From NCBI GenBank assembly GCA_963977445.1, contig CAXBPH010000014.1:1-45711 (forward strand): a stretch of DNA of 45,711 nucleotides, given 5' to 3'. The position numbers and the translations under genes were made by a program. This document shows, one piece after another, positions 8,731-19,400 of this stretch. The notes under the pieces are model-generated. The model searched no databases. It was not told where the DNA came from and was given only the letters and a program-made list of their open reading frames with translations. The stretch comes from an uncultured bacterium. Lineage in GTDB: Bacteria; Hydrogenedentota; Hydrogenedentia; Hydrogenedentales; JAEUWI01. Numbering within the stretch: position 1 is the first letter of the stretch; each line of letters begins with the position of its first letter.

Positions 8731-11700
8731 CTACGCTTCCCCCTCCAGTCGGAAGAAATGCATCGCCGTTTTGCCCGAAGCCTGTTCCCGGATTTTTATC
8801 GTCCACATACCGAGGGTGTCATTGGGGGCGAGGTCCAACGTAAGCGCCAGGGTGCCACCAGCAGCGCCATAGTAACCGCTCTGTTCGCTGGCACGGCCAT
8901 CGGGATCGAGGATGGTCACCTCCACGGGAATGACCCCATCTACCGGGGCACCGGTATCATCCATCACCGTCGCCGTGAAGGACAGCGCGCCCCCCGGATT
9001 CGCTGTTTCCCCCCCGGAAAGGGTCAGGCCGGCGATGGGGCGTTCCGTTACCATCAGCAAGGCGCCGCCCCCGGGTTCGAGGAGCAAATCCATCTCCATA
9101 CGTTCCGCTACGCTACGGACCGGTACTTCCTGGTGATTCATCAAGTCATAGACATGACCCGACCGTGCCATCGAAAAGGTCGCGGAAGCGGGCAGGCCCT
9201 TTTCCATGACGAGACCATACTGTCCCACATAGTCGCCATATTCCCGCGTATCGTTGATGGCGAAAACATAATCGGTCGTGCCCGCACGGCGGCGATAGGG
9301 CAGGACCTCCTGATTCGACGAGGTAACGGCGGGCGTGTATCGCTCGTTCAACGCATTACGCAACGTGGCTGCCCGGGCCATGAGGGCCGCCTTGTCCGCC
9401 GCGCTAGCCTTGGTGCGCTCATAGCTTTCCAGCAGAATATCGGCCGTAATCGCCGGGCAGAGCCGTTCATCGCCAATCACCACACCGCCCCGTCCCTGGA
9501 AAGCCAGGATGGCCGCCACCAGGCTTTCCGGCAGCACGTCGCAGTCGGTCAGGACGAGTACCTTGAATCCGTCCAGCCCACGCTGTTGTATCGTTTCTTC
9601 ATAGACAATTTCCGCCTGTAGCTGGGCATACTGGAGCACGTGGTAGGCATCGCCCGCCCAGGAGCCGCCCCAGCCATAGGTGCCCCGATTGGCGAATATC
9701 TGGGACGTAAAACTCTCCAGGAAGGCCACATCGCTCGTTACCGCAGGCACCTGGAGCAAGGTGGGTCCCAGGGGCTGGACCACATCATGAACCAGTCCCT
9801 TCAACACGTTGCGGGTTTCGGGATGGGTGTAGCGATAGGCCGATCCGCCCTCTGTGGGAACGAGGGATTGCCAGCCGTGATACATGATGCCCTTAATAGG
9901 CCGGGACATCTTGGTCCAGAAGGCTTCTTTCAGATGCATGGGCGCAATGGTGATATAGGCGGCATCGGGGTCATAGTCTTCCCAGGCCGATTGGACGCCC
10001 TCGGGCGTTTCCGTTGTGGCCTCTTTGACCGGGGCCGTCTGGGAGCGATACCAGATAATCTGGGTCATCTTCATCACGTCCTGCGCGGCGTTTCCTCCGG
10101 CCATGGCAAAGAGCTCATCGGTCGTGAGGCCAATGCGGATGGGGTCCGGATAGCTATAGGTCCAGTGGGAAATGAAATCCACCGAGCCGCCGCTCCCCCA
10201 GATCGAGGGCACCCGCACCGCCGGGTCGAAGAAGGTCCAGAAGTCATCCCGGCCGGTCGACTTGAGGCCCTCGTTCACTGCCGAATGAACGGGATTCCAC
10301 CCATCACCGTCCCGCCAGAACCACCGATAGAATTGCAGTAATTCGTGGTCATCGGGCACCACACGATTGGCGGGAAAGTCCGGAATCTTGGTCCAGGAGA
10401 CACCATTCTTTATCTCAACCGACTCGGGGTACTCCCGGCCCGATGCCGCGCGATAGGCGGCCCGATCATGTTCGTGGAAGCAGACCTGGGAGCTGTCCCG
10501 CACTTCGGTGTTGATGAGGGCGGCCGCAAAGGCAGGAAAGTCACCGTAACTCTGGGCCACCGAGGCGCCTACGTTTTTCGAGAAGTCCAACACCCCCGGC
10601 GTGAGGCAACAGGGATTGACCCGTGCGTAGGGCGTGCCATCCGCGTCCACCCGGCGGAGTTCCTCTTTCTTATCCATCCAATGGCCGTTGCCGAGGGTGA
10701 TGACGATACCCAAATCGTCGGCCAACGCCTGGTCGAGCATTTTGTAACTTTCCTCGAGTGTCGCCTCCGTAACGGCGGGGACTGGGGCGCCAGCCTCCCA
10801 GATAGCGTCATAGTCGGTGCGAAGACCCAGGCAATGGGTAAATCCAATATCTTTCAGGGCCGGGGTGTTCTTGGTGACTTCGTCCACACCACCCACACCC
10901 CACATGACCACAGGCATCTGGTGGGGCAACTTGCGGGGCATAATGCGTACCGGGAAGTGCTCCCGGTTGCTGTAGGCGTCCTCCCCCGTGCCCAGGGTAT
11001 AGCTGACGGCCACGTCATAGATATCGGCCCGCAGGCGCGTATCCAGCGCCAGGGAGAGGTCGAAGGTGCCCCCTGCGGCCAAGGTGGGCAGGCTCACCGT
11101 TTCGGGGGCCATGCCCGGCACCTGAATGGTCGCCGTCACCTCTGCGAGATCAACGAGGCGCACATTGCGGAGCTGAAAGGTCAGGGAGGCTCCCGATTCC
11201 ATTCGCTGATAGACCGACCGCCGATGGGTGGCCTCAATGGTGATGGGGCGAAATTCACACAGACCGTTGGTGATGCGGATTTCGTCGAAGTCGCCGGGGA
11301 ATCCACTGTAATTGCTGCCCACCCGATCACCGAGGGAAATCAGTTGCGTGCCGGGAGCGATACGCCCGCGCCCTGCCTTGGTTGCCCCGCCCAGGGAACG
11401 GCCATTCTGGAGGAACTCCGTCGTGCCCGCGCCGTCGTAGGTGACGGCGAGGTGGTACCACACACCCGGGTCAAAGGGGGCACTATCGGTGGACCACCAG
11501 ATATCGGAGTCGTCCCCAAAGCCCAGGGTCAGGCGCATACGACGGTGTCCCTGACCATCGGGCGGATCCAGTACCCACTGGTAGTCCGTGTGGGCCACAT
11601 ACTTCTTGTCCATTAAGTAGGCCATACCGTAGTCGGCCAATTCCGTGCTCGGGCGGACCCACAGTTCCAGTGTGAAGGCACCGGCCGGACTCAGCGCAGG

Positions 11701-12006
11701 CGTGTTGGGGATATGAACCGCGTGCCGCACATCCTCCACCGGATATCCGCGAAAGGAGGTCATGCCCGCGCCGAAGCGCCCTTCGGGATTGCGTTGGGCC
11801 CCGGCGAGGGTGCCATCGTGTCCCTTCCCGGAAGCATCGATGACCTTATCGCCTGTTTCCTCAAAATTCCAGAAGGCGATGACCGATGGACCCTGTGCCT
11901 CTTCCCCCGTGTAGGGCGATTGCCAGGAGGCGACGTGTGGAGCCGCCGTTGCGATGGGAGCCCAGGTGATCAAGAGAAATGCTGTAAATCGAAGCAAGTT
12001 GCGCAA
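8731..12006 (-). CDS. Secreted multidomain protein: LamG/ConA, Ig-like, GH42-like barrel and trimerization domain, C-terminal macroglobulin-like domain
   Basis: Signal peptide; LamG motifs (FTLELWVRP, WYHLAVTYDG, FPGDFDEIRI); FKVLVLTDCDVL..GGVVI trimerization-like segment; VEVTILDPDG...GMWTIKI MG-like end. TTG start with GAGGT RBS. Confidence 0.7.
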   Translation of the reverse strand: MRNLLRFTAFLLITWAPIATAAPHVASWQSPYTGEEAQGPSVIAFWNFEETGDKVIDASGKGHDGTLAGAQRNPEGRFGAGMTSFRGYPVEDVRHAVHIPNTPALSPAGAFTLELWVRPSTELADYGMAYLMDKKYVAHTDYQWVLDPPDGQGHRRMRLTLGFGDDSDIWWSTDSAPFDPGVWYHLAVTYDGAGTTEFLQNGRSLGGATKAGRGRIAPGTQLISLGDRVGSNYSGFPGDFDEIRITNGLCEFRPITIEATHRRSVYQRMESGASLTFQLRNVRLVDLAEVTATIQVPGMAPETVSLPTLAAGGTFDLSLALDTRLRADIYDVAVSYTLGTGEDAYSNREHFPVRIMPRKLPHQMPVVMWGVGGVDEVTKNTPALKDIGFTHCLGLRTDYDAIWEAGAPVPAVTEATLEESYKMLDQALADDLGIVITLGNGHWMDKKEELRRVDADGTPYARVNPCCLTPGVLDFSKNVGASVAQSYGDFPAFAAALINTEVRDSSQVCFHEHDRAAYRAASGREYPESVEIKNGVSWTKIPDFPANRVVPDDHELLQFYRWFWRDGDGWNPVHSAVNEGLKSTGRDDFWTFFDPAVRVPSIWGSGGSVDFISHWTYSYPDPIRIGLTTDELFAMAGGNAAQDVMKMTQIIWYRSQTAPVKEATTETPEGVQSAWEDYDPDAAYITIAPMHLKEAFWTKMSRPIKGIMYHGWQSLVPTEGGSAYRYTHPETRNVLKGLVHDVVQPLGPTLLQVPAVTSDVAFLESFTSQIFANRGTYGWGGSWAGDAYHVLQYAQLQAEIVYEETIQQRGLDGFKVLVLTDCDVLPESLVAAILAFQGRGGVVIGDERLCPAITADILLESYERTKASAADKAALMARAATLRNALNERYTPAVTSSNQEVLPYRRRAGTTDYVFAINDTREYGDYVGQYGLVMEKGLPASATFSMARSGHVYDLMNHQEVPVRSVAERMEMDLLLEPGGGALLMVTERPIAGLTLSGGETANPGGALSFTATVMDDTGAPVDGVIPVEVTILDPDGRASEQSGYYGAAGGTLALTLDLAPNDTLGMWTIKIREQASGKTAMHFFRLEGEA

Positions 12007-12096
12007 GAGTGGACCTCGTGGTGTTTAAGGGAGTAGATTGAACGCTCCATTAAAGCAAAGGGGGCGCGCCGAGGCAAGTACGCGCCGCCTGAATCC

Positions 12097-13284
12097 TTAG
12101 ACCGCTTCCCCGGCGGCCGCGGCCGATGCCCAGGCCCATTGGAAATTATAGCCGCCGAGCCAACCCGTCACATCCACCACTTCGCCAATGAAATAGAGAC
12201 CGGGAACCTTCTTTACTTCCATCGTCTTTGGGGAGAGGGCTTTGGTGTCCACGCCGCCCCGGGTGACTTCTGCTTTGGCGAAGCCCTCCGTGCCGCTGAT
12301 GGGCAGGTCCCAGCGCTGAAGCAATTCGGCCATGGCGCGAATCTTCTTGTCGGTAAATTCGCCCAGAGGCTTATCCCAGTCGTGAAACTCACACAGACAC
12401 TTGGCAAAGCGCGCCGAGAGCCGGGTGCGCAGGAAGGCGCTGGCTGCCAGGGCGGGCGTATTGCGCTTGGTCTGGAGCAGTAGCTCGTCTAGCTTCGCTT
12501 CGGGAAACATATTCAGACGCAGGGCCTGGCCGGCTTCCCAGTAGGAAGAAATCTGCAGGATGGCCGGGCCACTCAGGCCACGGTGGGTGAACAGCACGGC
12601 CTCTTCAAAACGTTGCTTGCCGACAGAGGCGATGGCATCGAAAGACACCCCCGACAAGGCCATGAGGCCCTCGTGTTCGGCGGCATCGAGGGTCAGGGGC
12701 ACGAGTGCCGGTGTACATGGCACGATGGGGAGTCCAAATTGCTCGGCCAGACGATAGCCAAAATCGGTGGCACCCAATTTGGGGATGGAAAGGCCCCCCG
12801 TCGCCACCACCAGGGATGGTGCCGTAAAGTCACCCAGGATCGTTTTGACGATAAAGGTGTCCGGCTTTTCTACCGATTCCACCGTGCACCCCGTGTGGAG
12901 ATCCACCCCGGCTTCCCGACAATCGTTCACGAGTCCATTGATAATATCCTGTGCCGAACGGTCGCAAAAAAGCTGGCCCAACTTTTTCTCGTGGTAGGGG
13001 ATGTTGTGTCGCTCTACCCAGGCGATAAAATCTTTCGGCGTATAGCGGGCCAGGGCCGAATAGCAAAAGCGCGGATTATTCGACAGGTAACGGGTGGCGT
13101 CGGTGTGGATGTTCGTAAAATTACACCGGCCGCCGCCAGAGATACTGATTTTCTTGCCGACTTTGTCGTTGTGCTCCAACAGGGCGACCCGCTGGCCCCG
13201 TTCGGCGGCCTTCAAGGCGCACATGAGCCCCGCCGCACCGGCACCAAGAACAACGACATCATAAGCATTTTGAGAGTCAGACAT
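12097..13284 (-). CDS. yhiN: HI0933/YhiN (BaiN-like) NAD(P)/FAD flavoprotein
   Basis: GAGAAG, GKKISISGGGRCNFTN, ATGGLSIP, FTHRGLSGPA, VTRGGV, GGYNFQWAWAS. Start taken at ATG 13284. Confidence 0.92.
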   Translation of the reverse strand: MSDSQNAYDVVVLGAGAAGLMCALKAAERGQRVALLEHNDKVGKKISISGGGRCNFTNIHTDATRYLSNNPRFCYSALARYTPKDFIAWVERHNIPYHEKKLGQLFCDRSAQDIINGLVNDCREAGVDLHTGCTVESVEKPDTFIVKTILGDFTAPSLVVATGGLSIPKLGATDFGYRLAEQFGLPIVPCTPALVPLTLDAAEHEGLMALSGVSFDAIASVGKQRFEEAVLFTHRGLSGPAILQISSYWEAGQALRLNMFPEAKLDELLLQTKRNTPALAASAFLRTRLSARFAKCLCEFHDWDKPLGEFTDKKIRAMAELLQRWDLPISGTEGFAKAEVTRGGVDTKALSPKTMEVKKVPGLYFIGEVVDVTGWLGGYNFQWAWASAAAAGEAV

Positions 13285-13414
13285 AATAGAAACCGCACGA
13301 AAATTGAAGTGAATGGGGAGCAAAGACAGGCAGAAGAATCCCTGCCTAAAGCGCGCCTACTGTAGCGAGCCGACGTGGCTCAGGTCAAGGAGGGGGCCGT
13401 TTTGTTCACGCGCC

Positions 13415-13472
13415 AAATAGGCCGGGCGAGCCTGTGGGATGGATCTCCCGGCCCGCCCGGCCCGCTATTTTT
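13415..13472 (-). terminator. Likely terminator after the giant TPR gene
   Basis: GC-rich stem GGCCGGGCGGGCC/GGCTCGCCCGGCC followed by TATTT on -; T-rich flank on + too. Confidence 0.6.
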
Positions 13473-13483
13473 GGTGTTGTGTC

Positions 13484-16400
13484 TTATTCGACGACGACGA
13501 CTTCGCTTACCTTGGGCAAGTCGGGGATCTTCCAGGTCAGGCCCGCACCGTTTTCCAGCACGGCCAATGAGAACTCCCAGTCACCCCGGCGATTGGCGCA
13601 TTTCACCAGCACGTGATTGATGCCTTCCTTCAACGCCACCTCGACGATATCCTGGTCAATCAGGATGGAACGTCCAAAGGGATTCGTCAACACCTCGGTG
13701 CCATTGACCCACACGCGGGACCAGTCGTCACTGCCGTGGGCCAGTTTGACGGTGCGGGCATCGGGACTCACCACTGTGGTGAGACCATAGGCGGATTGGT
13801 TCTGGCTGTCCTCCATCTCCAGCACCGCATCGAGCACCACGGCGGGATAAATCTGTCCGGCATTGGCGGGCCTCCAAGCGGCAAGCACACTGCCGTCGGG
13901 CGCTTCGCTTCCCATATAGGCGGACAGCCCATCTGGAAGGGCCTCGCCCATCGTTTCCCATGTCGGGCAGATTGTTGCCGGGCTGACCAGCCACTGGTCG
14001 ACCCGATGTGTCCAGAGATTGCCTTCATATTGTTCCAGCGCGGAAACCTTCAGGCCCTCCAGGTCGAGTGCATCGGTGTTAAGCCCTACCCGTGCGGCAA
14101 GGTCCTGTCGAAAGGCGAGCAAATCCGAGACCCGCCCATTGGCAGGTTCGGCCTTGATCGCCCCAATCAGGCGTTCTTCCGTTGCTGCGAAATCAATGGC
14201 TTCCCCATTTTCCAACAAGGCCTCCCGAGCCTCGCGCACCAAATCTTTGCGGGCGGGAAGCATGGCAATAAACGCGTCGACCGCACGATCGGCGTTCCCC
14301 GCCTCTATATATAGGGGAATCGCTCGGGCCGCCGCTTCGTCTGCGGTGTTCGAAGAGAAGAGCACCCAGTTTTGCAGGCGCTCCAGGGCACCAAGTGCGG
14401 ACTCATTTCGCCCGTTCTCCACCAGAATTTCCTGGATCTTGAGTAAGGAGCGCGCACTGAGATTGGGCTCTTCGACGAGGCTTGTCAGGTCATCGAGACC
14501 GTCGCCGTTACTGGACCGATAAAAATTACGTAGCGCGGTGAGATACGTTTTTTCTCCCGTGTCTGCCCGGTCCAGCAGTTGGTCAAATACCGTATTGCCG
14601 GTCATCGTATCCGACGTCCCGGCCGCGATGCGTACGATGAGTTCAATGTTATTCCACAATCCGGGGAACCGTTCCTGTTGGCTCCAGAACGTTTCTCCGG
14701 CCTCCGTGGGCGCATCAAACTCCATCAGGCGTTCGAGTACCCATTCCACTTCAAAGGCGCGGTTTACCGCGATGTCACGGGTGCGCAACAGCAATTCCCG
14801 GGCCTGCTCCGATTTGCCCGCGTCCTTCAGTAAACCGACCAACATGCGAATCGAATTGGGGTTGCTCACGGGTGCGTTGACCAGTCCATCCAGGATAAGG
14901 GTCGCATCCGTTTTTCGACCGGCGTCCGTTAAATTCAACGCGACGCGACTTAGTGTGCCGGCCAGCACCGGATTACTTTCTGCGCTCGGTAACAGGGATT
15001 GCCACTGGTCATTCTCTTGCAGAAAATCGGCATACCTGTGAATAAAGTCATCTTGATAATTCTCCGAGAGCGTGCCGTAACCTGTTTCCATAGCCTCTAC
15101 GACAACGTCGGGTGTGCCGGTTGCCACCAGGATCCGGGCCCTTGCGATGAGCATCTGAACGCCGTATTGTTCGTCGTCGCCGACTTTACCCCATATCTCC
15201 GACGCCTCGTCGAATGCCTGTTGCTCGACAAGGACATCGATCAATTCGGCAGCACGGCGATTGTTGTTTTGCTCACTCTCATCTTCCCGCCAGAGCACCA
15301 TGGCTGCATCGATATTTCCCAGTCCGGCTTGGGCGATAGCCAGCGTCTTCTTTACATCGCTTTGGCGGCCCTGCTGTCCGTCTGCCTTCATATAGATTTC
15401 GCAGTCCAGCGCCGCCTTTTCATAGGCCTTTGCCCGGAGGTACATATAGGCGCGATTGAGGCGGTGATGGGGCTTCATGTTTTCCGGAGACAATCCATCC
15501 AGGATCTTGATGGCTTCTTCGAAATTGTTAAGTTGCATCGCTCCGTAGGTGGCGGTCTGGGCGGCTTGAAAAGCCTGGTCCGGGTCTAGCGGTACCGCCG
15601 CATCCGAATTGGGAATGAATTCGCCTTGCAGGCCTGGCGGAATCGCCTGGAGCGCCTGCATGAACGCCATCTGAATAAACTGATTGTCTTTGACGGGTAT
15701 CAGGAATTCCATGGCCCGTCGCATGTGGCCCATCTCTCCTTCCAGCTCGGCGGCGAAAAGCCGTTGCTCAATGCTCAGGCCCTCCGCGCTTCGAAGCTCC
15801 TCCAGGAGTTGCTGCGCGGGTAGCATGGCGCAATTGTAGTCGCTGAAATGGGATAAGGTCCGCCCCAGATTGCTGCTCTGCCCATAGTATTGTTGGGGAA
15901 AGTCCATGCGTGTGTGCCGTAGATGGCTCCATGCCGTTTCGGCCCGGCCTGTGGCCAACAGCATGCGCACCATATCATCCACTTCGTGATGCACATAGAT
16001 GTCGGGGGATTCCCGTTTCACCAGCGTGTCGTAGAGGGCACACGATTCCTCATAAAATCCCCACCGGGAATGAAAATACATGCTGGCAAGGAGTGCATCG
16101 TCCGTCCGTATTGTCGCGGCGTAATCCTGCATAATGCCTCGGGCCCCCGGAATGTCTCCGGCCTCCGCGATACTCGTCGCAAAATCAGCGCGGATTCGGT
16201 CATGTTCTTTCATGTCCGCTGTTCCCAATACGCGGTTCATCAATTCATAGACGGCCTTCAGTCCACCGGCTTCATTGCGGGCGTTGGCGGCCTGCTGAAT
16301 CGTATTGGCGTCGGGATTTTTTTTCGCCGTGTCGAGGGCCTCCAAAAGGCTCGCTTGAAGGGTCTCGTGATCGCCCAGGTCCCGTAAGATATCCTGATAG

Positions 16401-19400
16401 CGGTTGCGGGCCTGCTGAACGAAATGTTGCTCGTCTTCCGGCACGTTTTCGGTGTTCATCACCTTCTTGAATATGGGAAGGGCTCGCTCCTGCTCCTTCG
16501 CCTGCAGCAGTATTTCGCCATACCGGCTTTGCACGCCGATGTTATCGGGAAAACGGACGGCAAGAGGCTCGATGCGTTTCAAATACTTTTTCGGTGATTG
16601 ATAATAATTGTCCGTATACCGTTCTATCCAGTACTTCAGCATGGGCGAGTCCTTCGCAAGCAGGACTTCGTCTATCAGTGTCGCAAAGTTTCCCGACGTA
16701 TTGTTTTCCTCAATTATGCTATTTCCGATGGAACGTTTGGCCCAGTCGTTGTCGGGGAGTGCATCCAATACATCCCGGAGGTAGGCCTCAGCCATGTCGA
16801 AGGCCTTGGCAGTGATCATGGAATCGATGGCCTCCCGGTGGGCATGAGACTGGCCCTGTTGCTCCACATGGCGCTTCCACATGGGCACCGCTTTTTCTAT
16901 GTCACCTTTTTTGGTATAGATGTCCGCAATGCGCCGAAAATCGATACGTCCGCGGAGTTGCCCCTCTTTTTCCGCGTAGGTCACCGCCTTGTCGTAATCC
17001 TCCTGGGCCACGGCATTGTCTGTGAGTAGCCGATAGGCATCCCCTTGATTATTCAGTTTGGCACAGACGAGCAACGCGGCTTCGGCCGCTTCGAAATCAC
17101 CTTCCTCTTTCGCAATGAGGCCCTTTAAAAGCGACGCGGCATATTGCTGCGTATCCGAGTCGAAGTCGCCCTCCGTCAGCGCTTTCAGCTCGTCCAGCCG
17201 CTCCAATTCGGAGAAGCGACGGATAAACTGGGAAATACTACCGCCGTCCATCATGCCGTATTGCCGCATAGTGCCCGAGGGGAGCATGATGGTCTTGTAA
17301 ATCTCCAAGGCCTCATCACGCTTGTTTGCCTGCCAGAGATAGTCGGCCCGTTGGCGATTCAGCCAGACATTTTCCGGCTCTTTCTGGAATGCTTTTTCCA
17401 TCATCTCCGCCGCGCGGATGAAATCGCTACTTTGAGCGAAAGTCTGGGCCAGTTGCTGGAGGTCCTGGGATGTTTGGGCCTCAACCATCAGCGTATCCTG
17501 CAGGTCGGCTAACTTTTCGGTACGACCCAGTTCGCGGTAGAGACGTTGTAATTCGTTCGCCAATTCCCGGCGATTCACCCGGCGGCTGTCCACCAATTCT
17601 TCCAGGATAGCAACCGAACTGTTTTTCATATTGGCCGCTTCGAGGGCACCGGCATAGCGTAGTTTGGTGCCCATATCATTGGGCCGTTGTTCCACAAGTA
17701 TTTTTAATTGTTCCAGCGCCTTTTCTGCGCGCTTGTCCTGCCCATAGGCTCCCGCCAGGGCGAGGCGCAGGCTGACAGAGGTGGGCTGCTTGGCTACTTT
17801 CTCTTCGAGTTCGGTCAGCAATTCATCTTCACGATTGCCTTGCCTGTAGATGTTCCAGACCTGGTTGAGTTCATTCAAGCCCATACTGCTCAGGCTCGGT
17901 GACTGGGCGGTGTAGTTTCCGCCCCGCCGCCGCTGGGAGGTTGTCGTGGCAGAAGTGGAGCGTTGCCAGACCTCACGGGCCAGGTCGATAGCTTTATCAT
18001 GCTCCTCCTGGTTGCTGTAGAGTTGGGCCAGTTGGAGCAGGTTTCCCGAACTGCGGGCATGGCGCACTTCGTCTTCCAGCAAGGGTATGGCGATCTCCTC
18101 CTGCTTCGCCCGACGAAGTTCGCTTACGATTACGGCGAGTTGATAGGGGTTCTGACTACTTCGCGTGGCAGGATAGAGTGCGACGACAGCTTTCCAGTCG
18201 TCTTCGAGCACAGCAAGATTCAGCAGGGCCTGGTCGATGGTCGACTGGCCGGCGCCAGAAATAATGGCCCGCGCCCCATAGATCGCTTTCATTTTTATAT
18301 AGTCTTTAACCGCATAGAGGGCGAAGAGCTGGAGCTCCTGTAAGGCTGGGTCATCCGGTTTTTCCCCGAGGATGGATTCGACCAATTCCAGGGCTTCCTG
18401 GCTGCGGTCTTTCATTTGTCGATAGGCCACGGCGAGCACCAGACTTTCCCAGGCCTGATAGCGGCTAACGTCGTCTTCCGCCGTGGCGTAGGTCCTGGCC
18501 CGCTCCAGGAGTTTTTCCATGAGGGGTTCGATTTCCGATTCCTCCAAGGTCATCTGGAGAATCTGCTGGAAGGCGTTGGTCGTATCATACTGAACAAGTT
18601 GCCCGGAAAACCCAGGAAAGTTTCCGAAATTGTTGTTTGAGCTGAACTGCCGTCGGTTCATGGGCGGTACAAACTGGAGCGCTGCATTCGTGCGCCCAGG
18701 TGCCATGAAGGTCTGGCTGAGCTTGGGTTCCGCCAGGATGGTCTCAAAGTACATATCCCGGGCGGTTTCCATATCGCCTTGGTCCTTGTAGAGCTGTGCC
18801 AGATTCTGGCGATAGTTCCGGGCGCGGGTGGGCTCTAAGGCGATGGCTTTTTGAAAGAGGCCGGCAACCCGTTCGATTGTCGCCGTTCCCCGGAGGGCAT
18901 GGGCAATTTGCACATAGGTCTGGGCCTCGTCGGGTTTGGATTCAGTGAGCGCGGTGATCAGTGTTTCCGCTTCATCCATGTGGTTATTTTGCACCAGCAG
19001 GGGCAATAACTGAAGGCGGGCACGGTAGGCTTGATCGGTATCCTCTCGCGCGATGATTTCCCGGGCCATGGCGATGGCCTCATCGGGTTTGTTATTGCTT
19101 CGGTGGATTTGAAATATGCGCCAGAGGAGCGCGGTATCGTCGGGGTGAATCGCCCGTAGTGCCGCTAAGGTCTCGAGCGCCTCGTCAAATTTACCACCGC
19201 TTTCACAAATCTGGAGGTAGTCATAGCGTGCATCAATGTTATTGGGGTCGGCCACGGTTGCTTCATGAAATTCTGCGACCAGCTCGTCAAGGGTGTTCAA
19301 CTGCTGGGCAATACTCACCATGGACGAAAGCACCATGGGTCGAAACTCCGTGAAGCCCTGGCTACCGCTGACGACTCGACCGGGGTAGAATCCGGCCATC

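Noticed and set aside
7357..9621. 754-aa plus-strand ORF, and other long antisense ORFs (4489-5790, 10345-11616, 19778-20971, 25651-26610)
   Set aside because: Shadow frames opposite well-supported genes, expected from GC-rich codon bias; no recognisable motifs.
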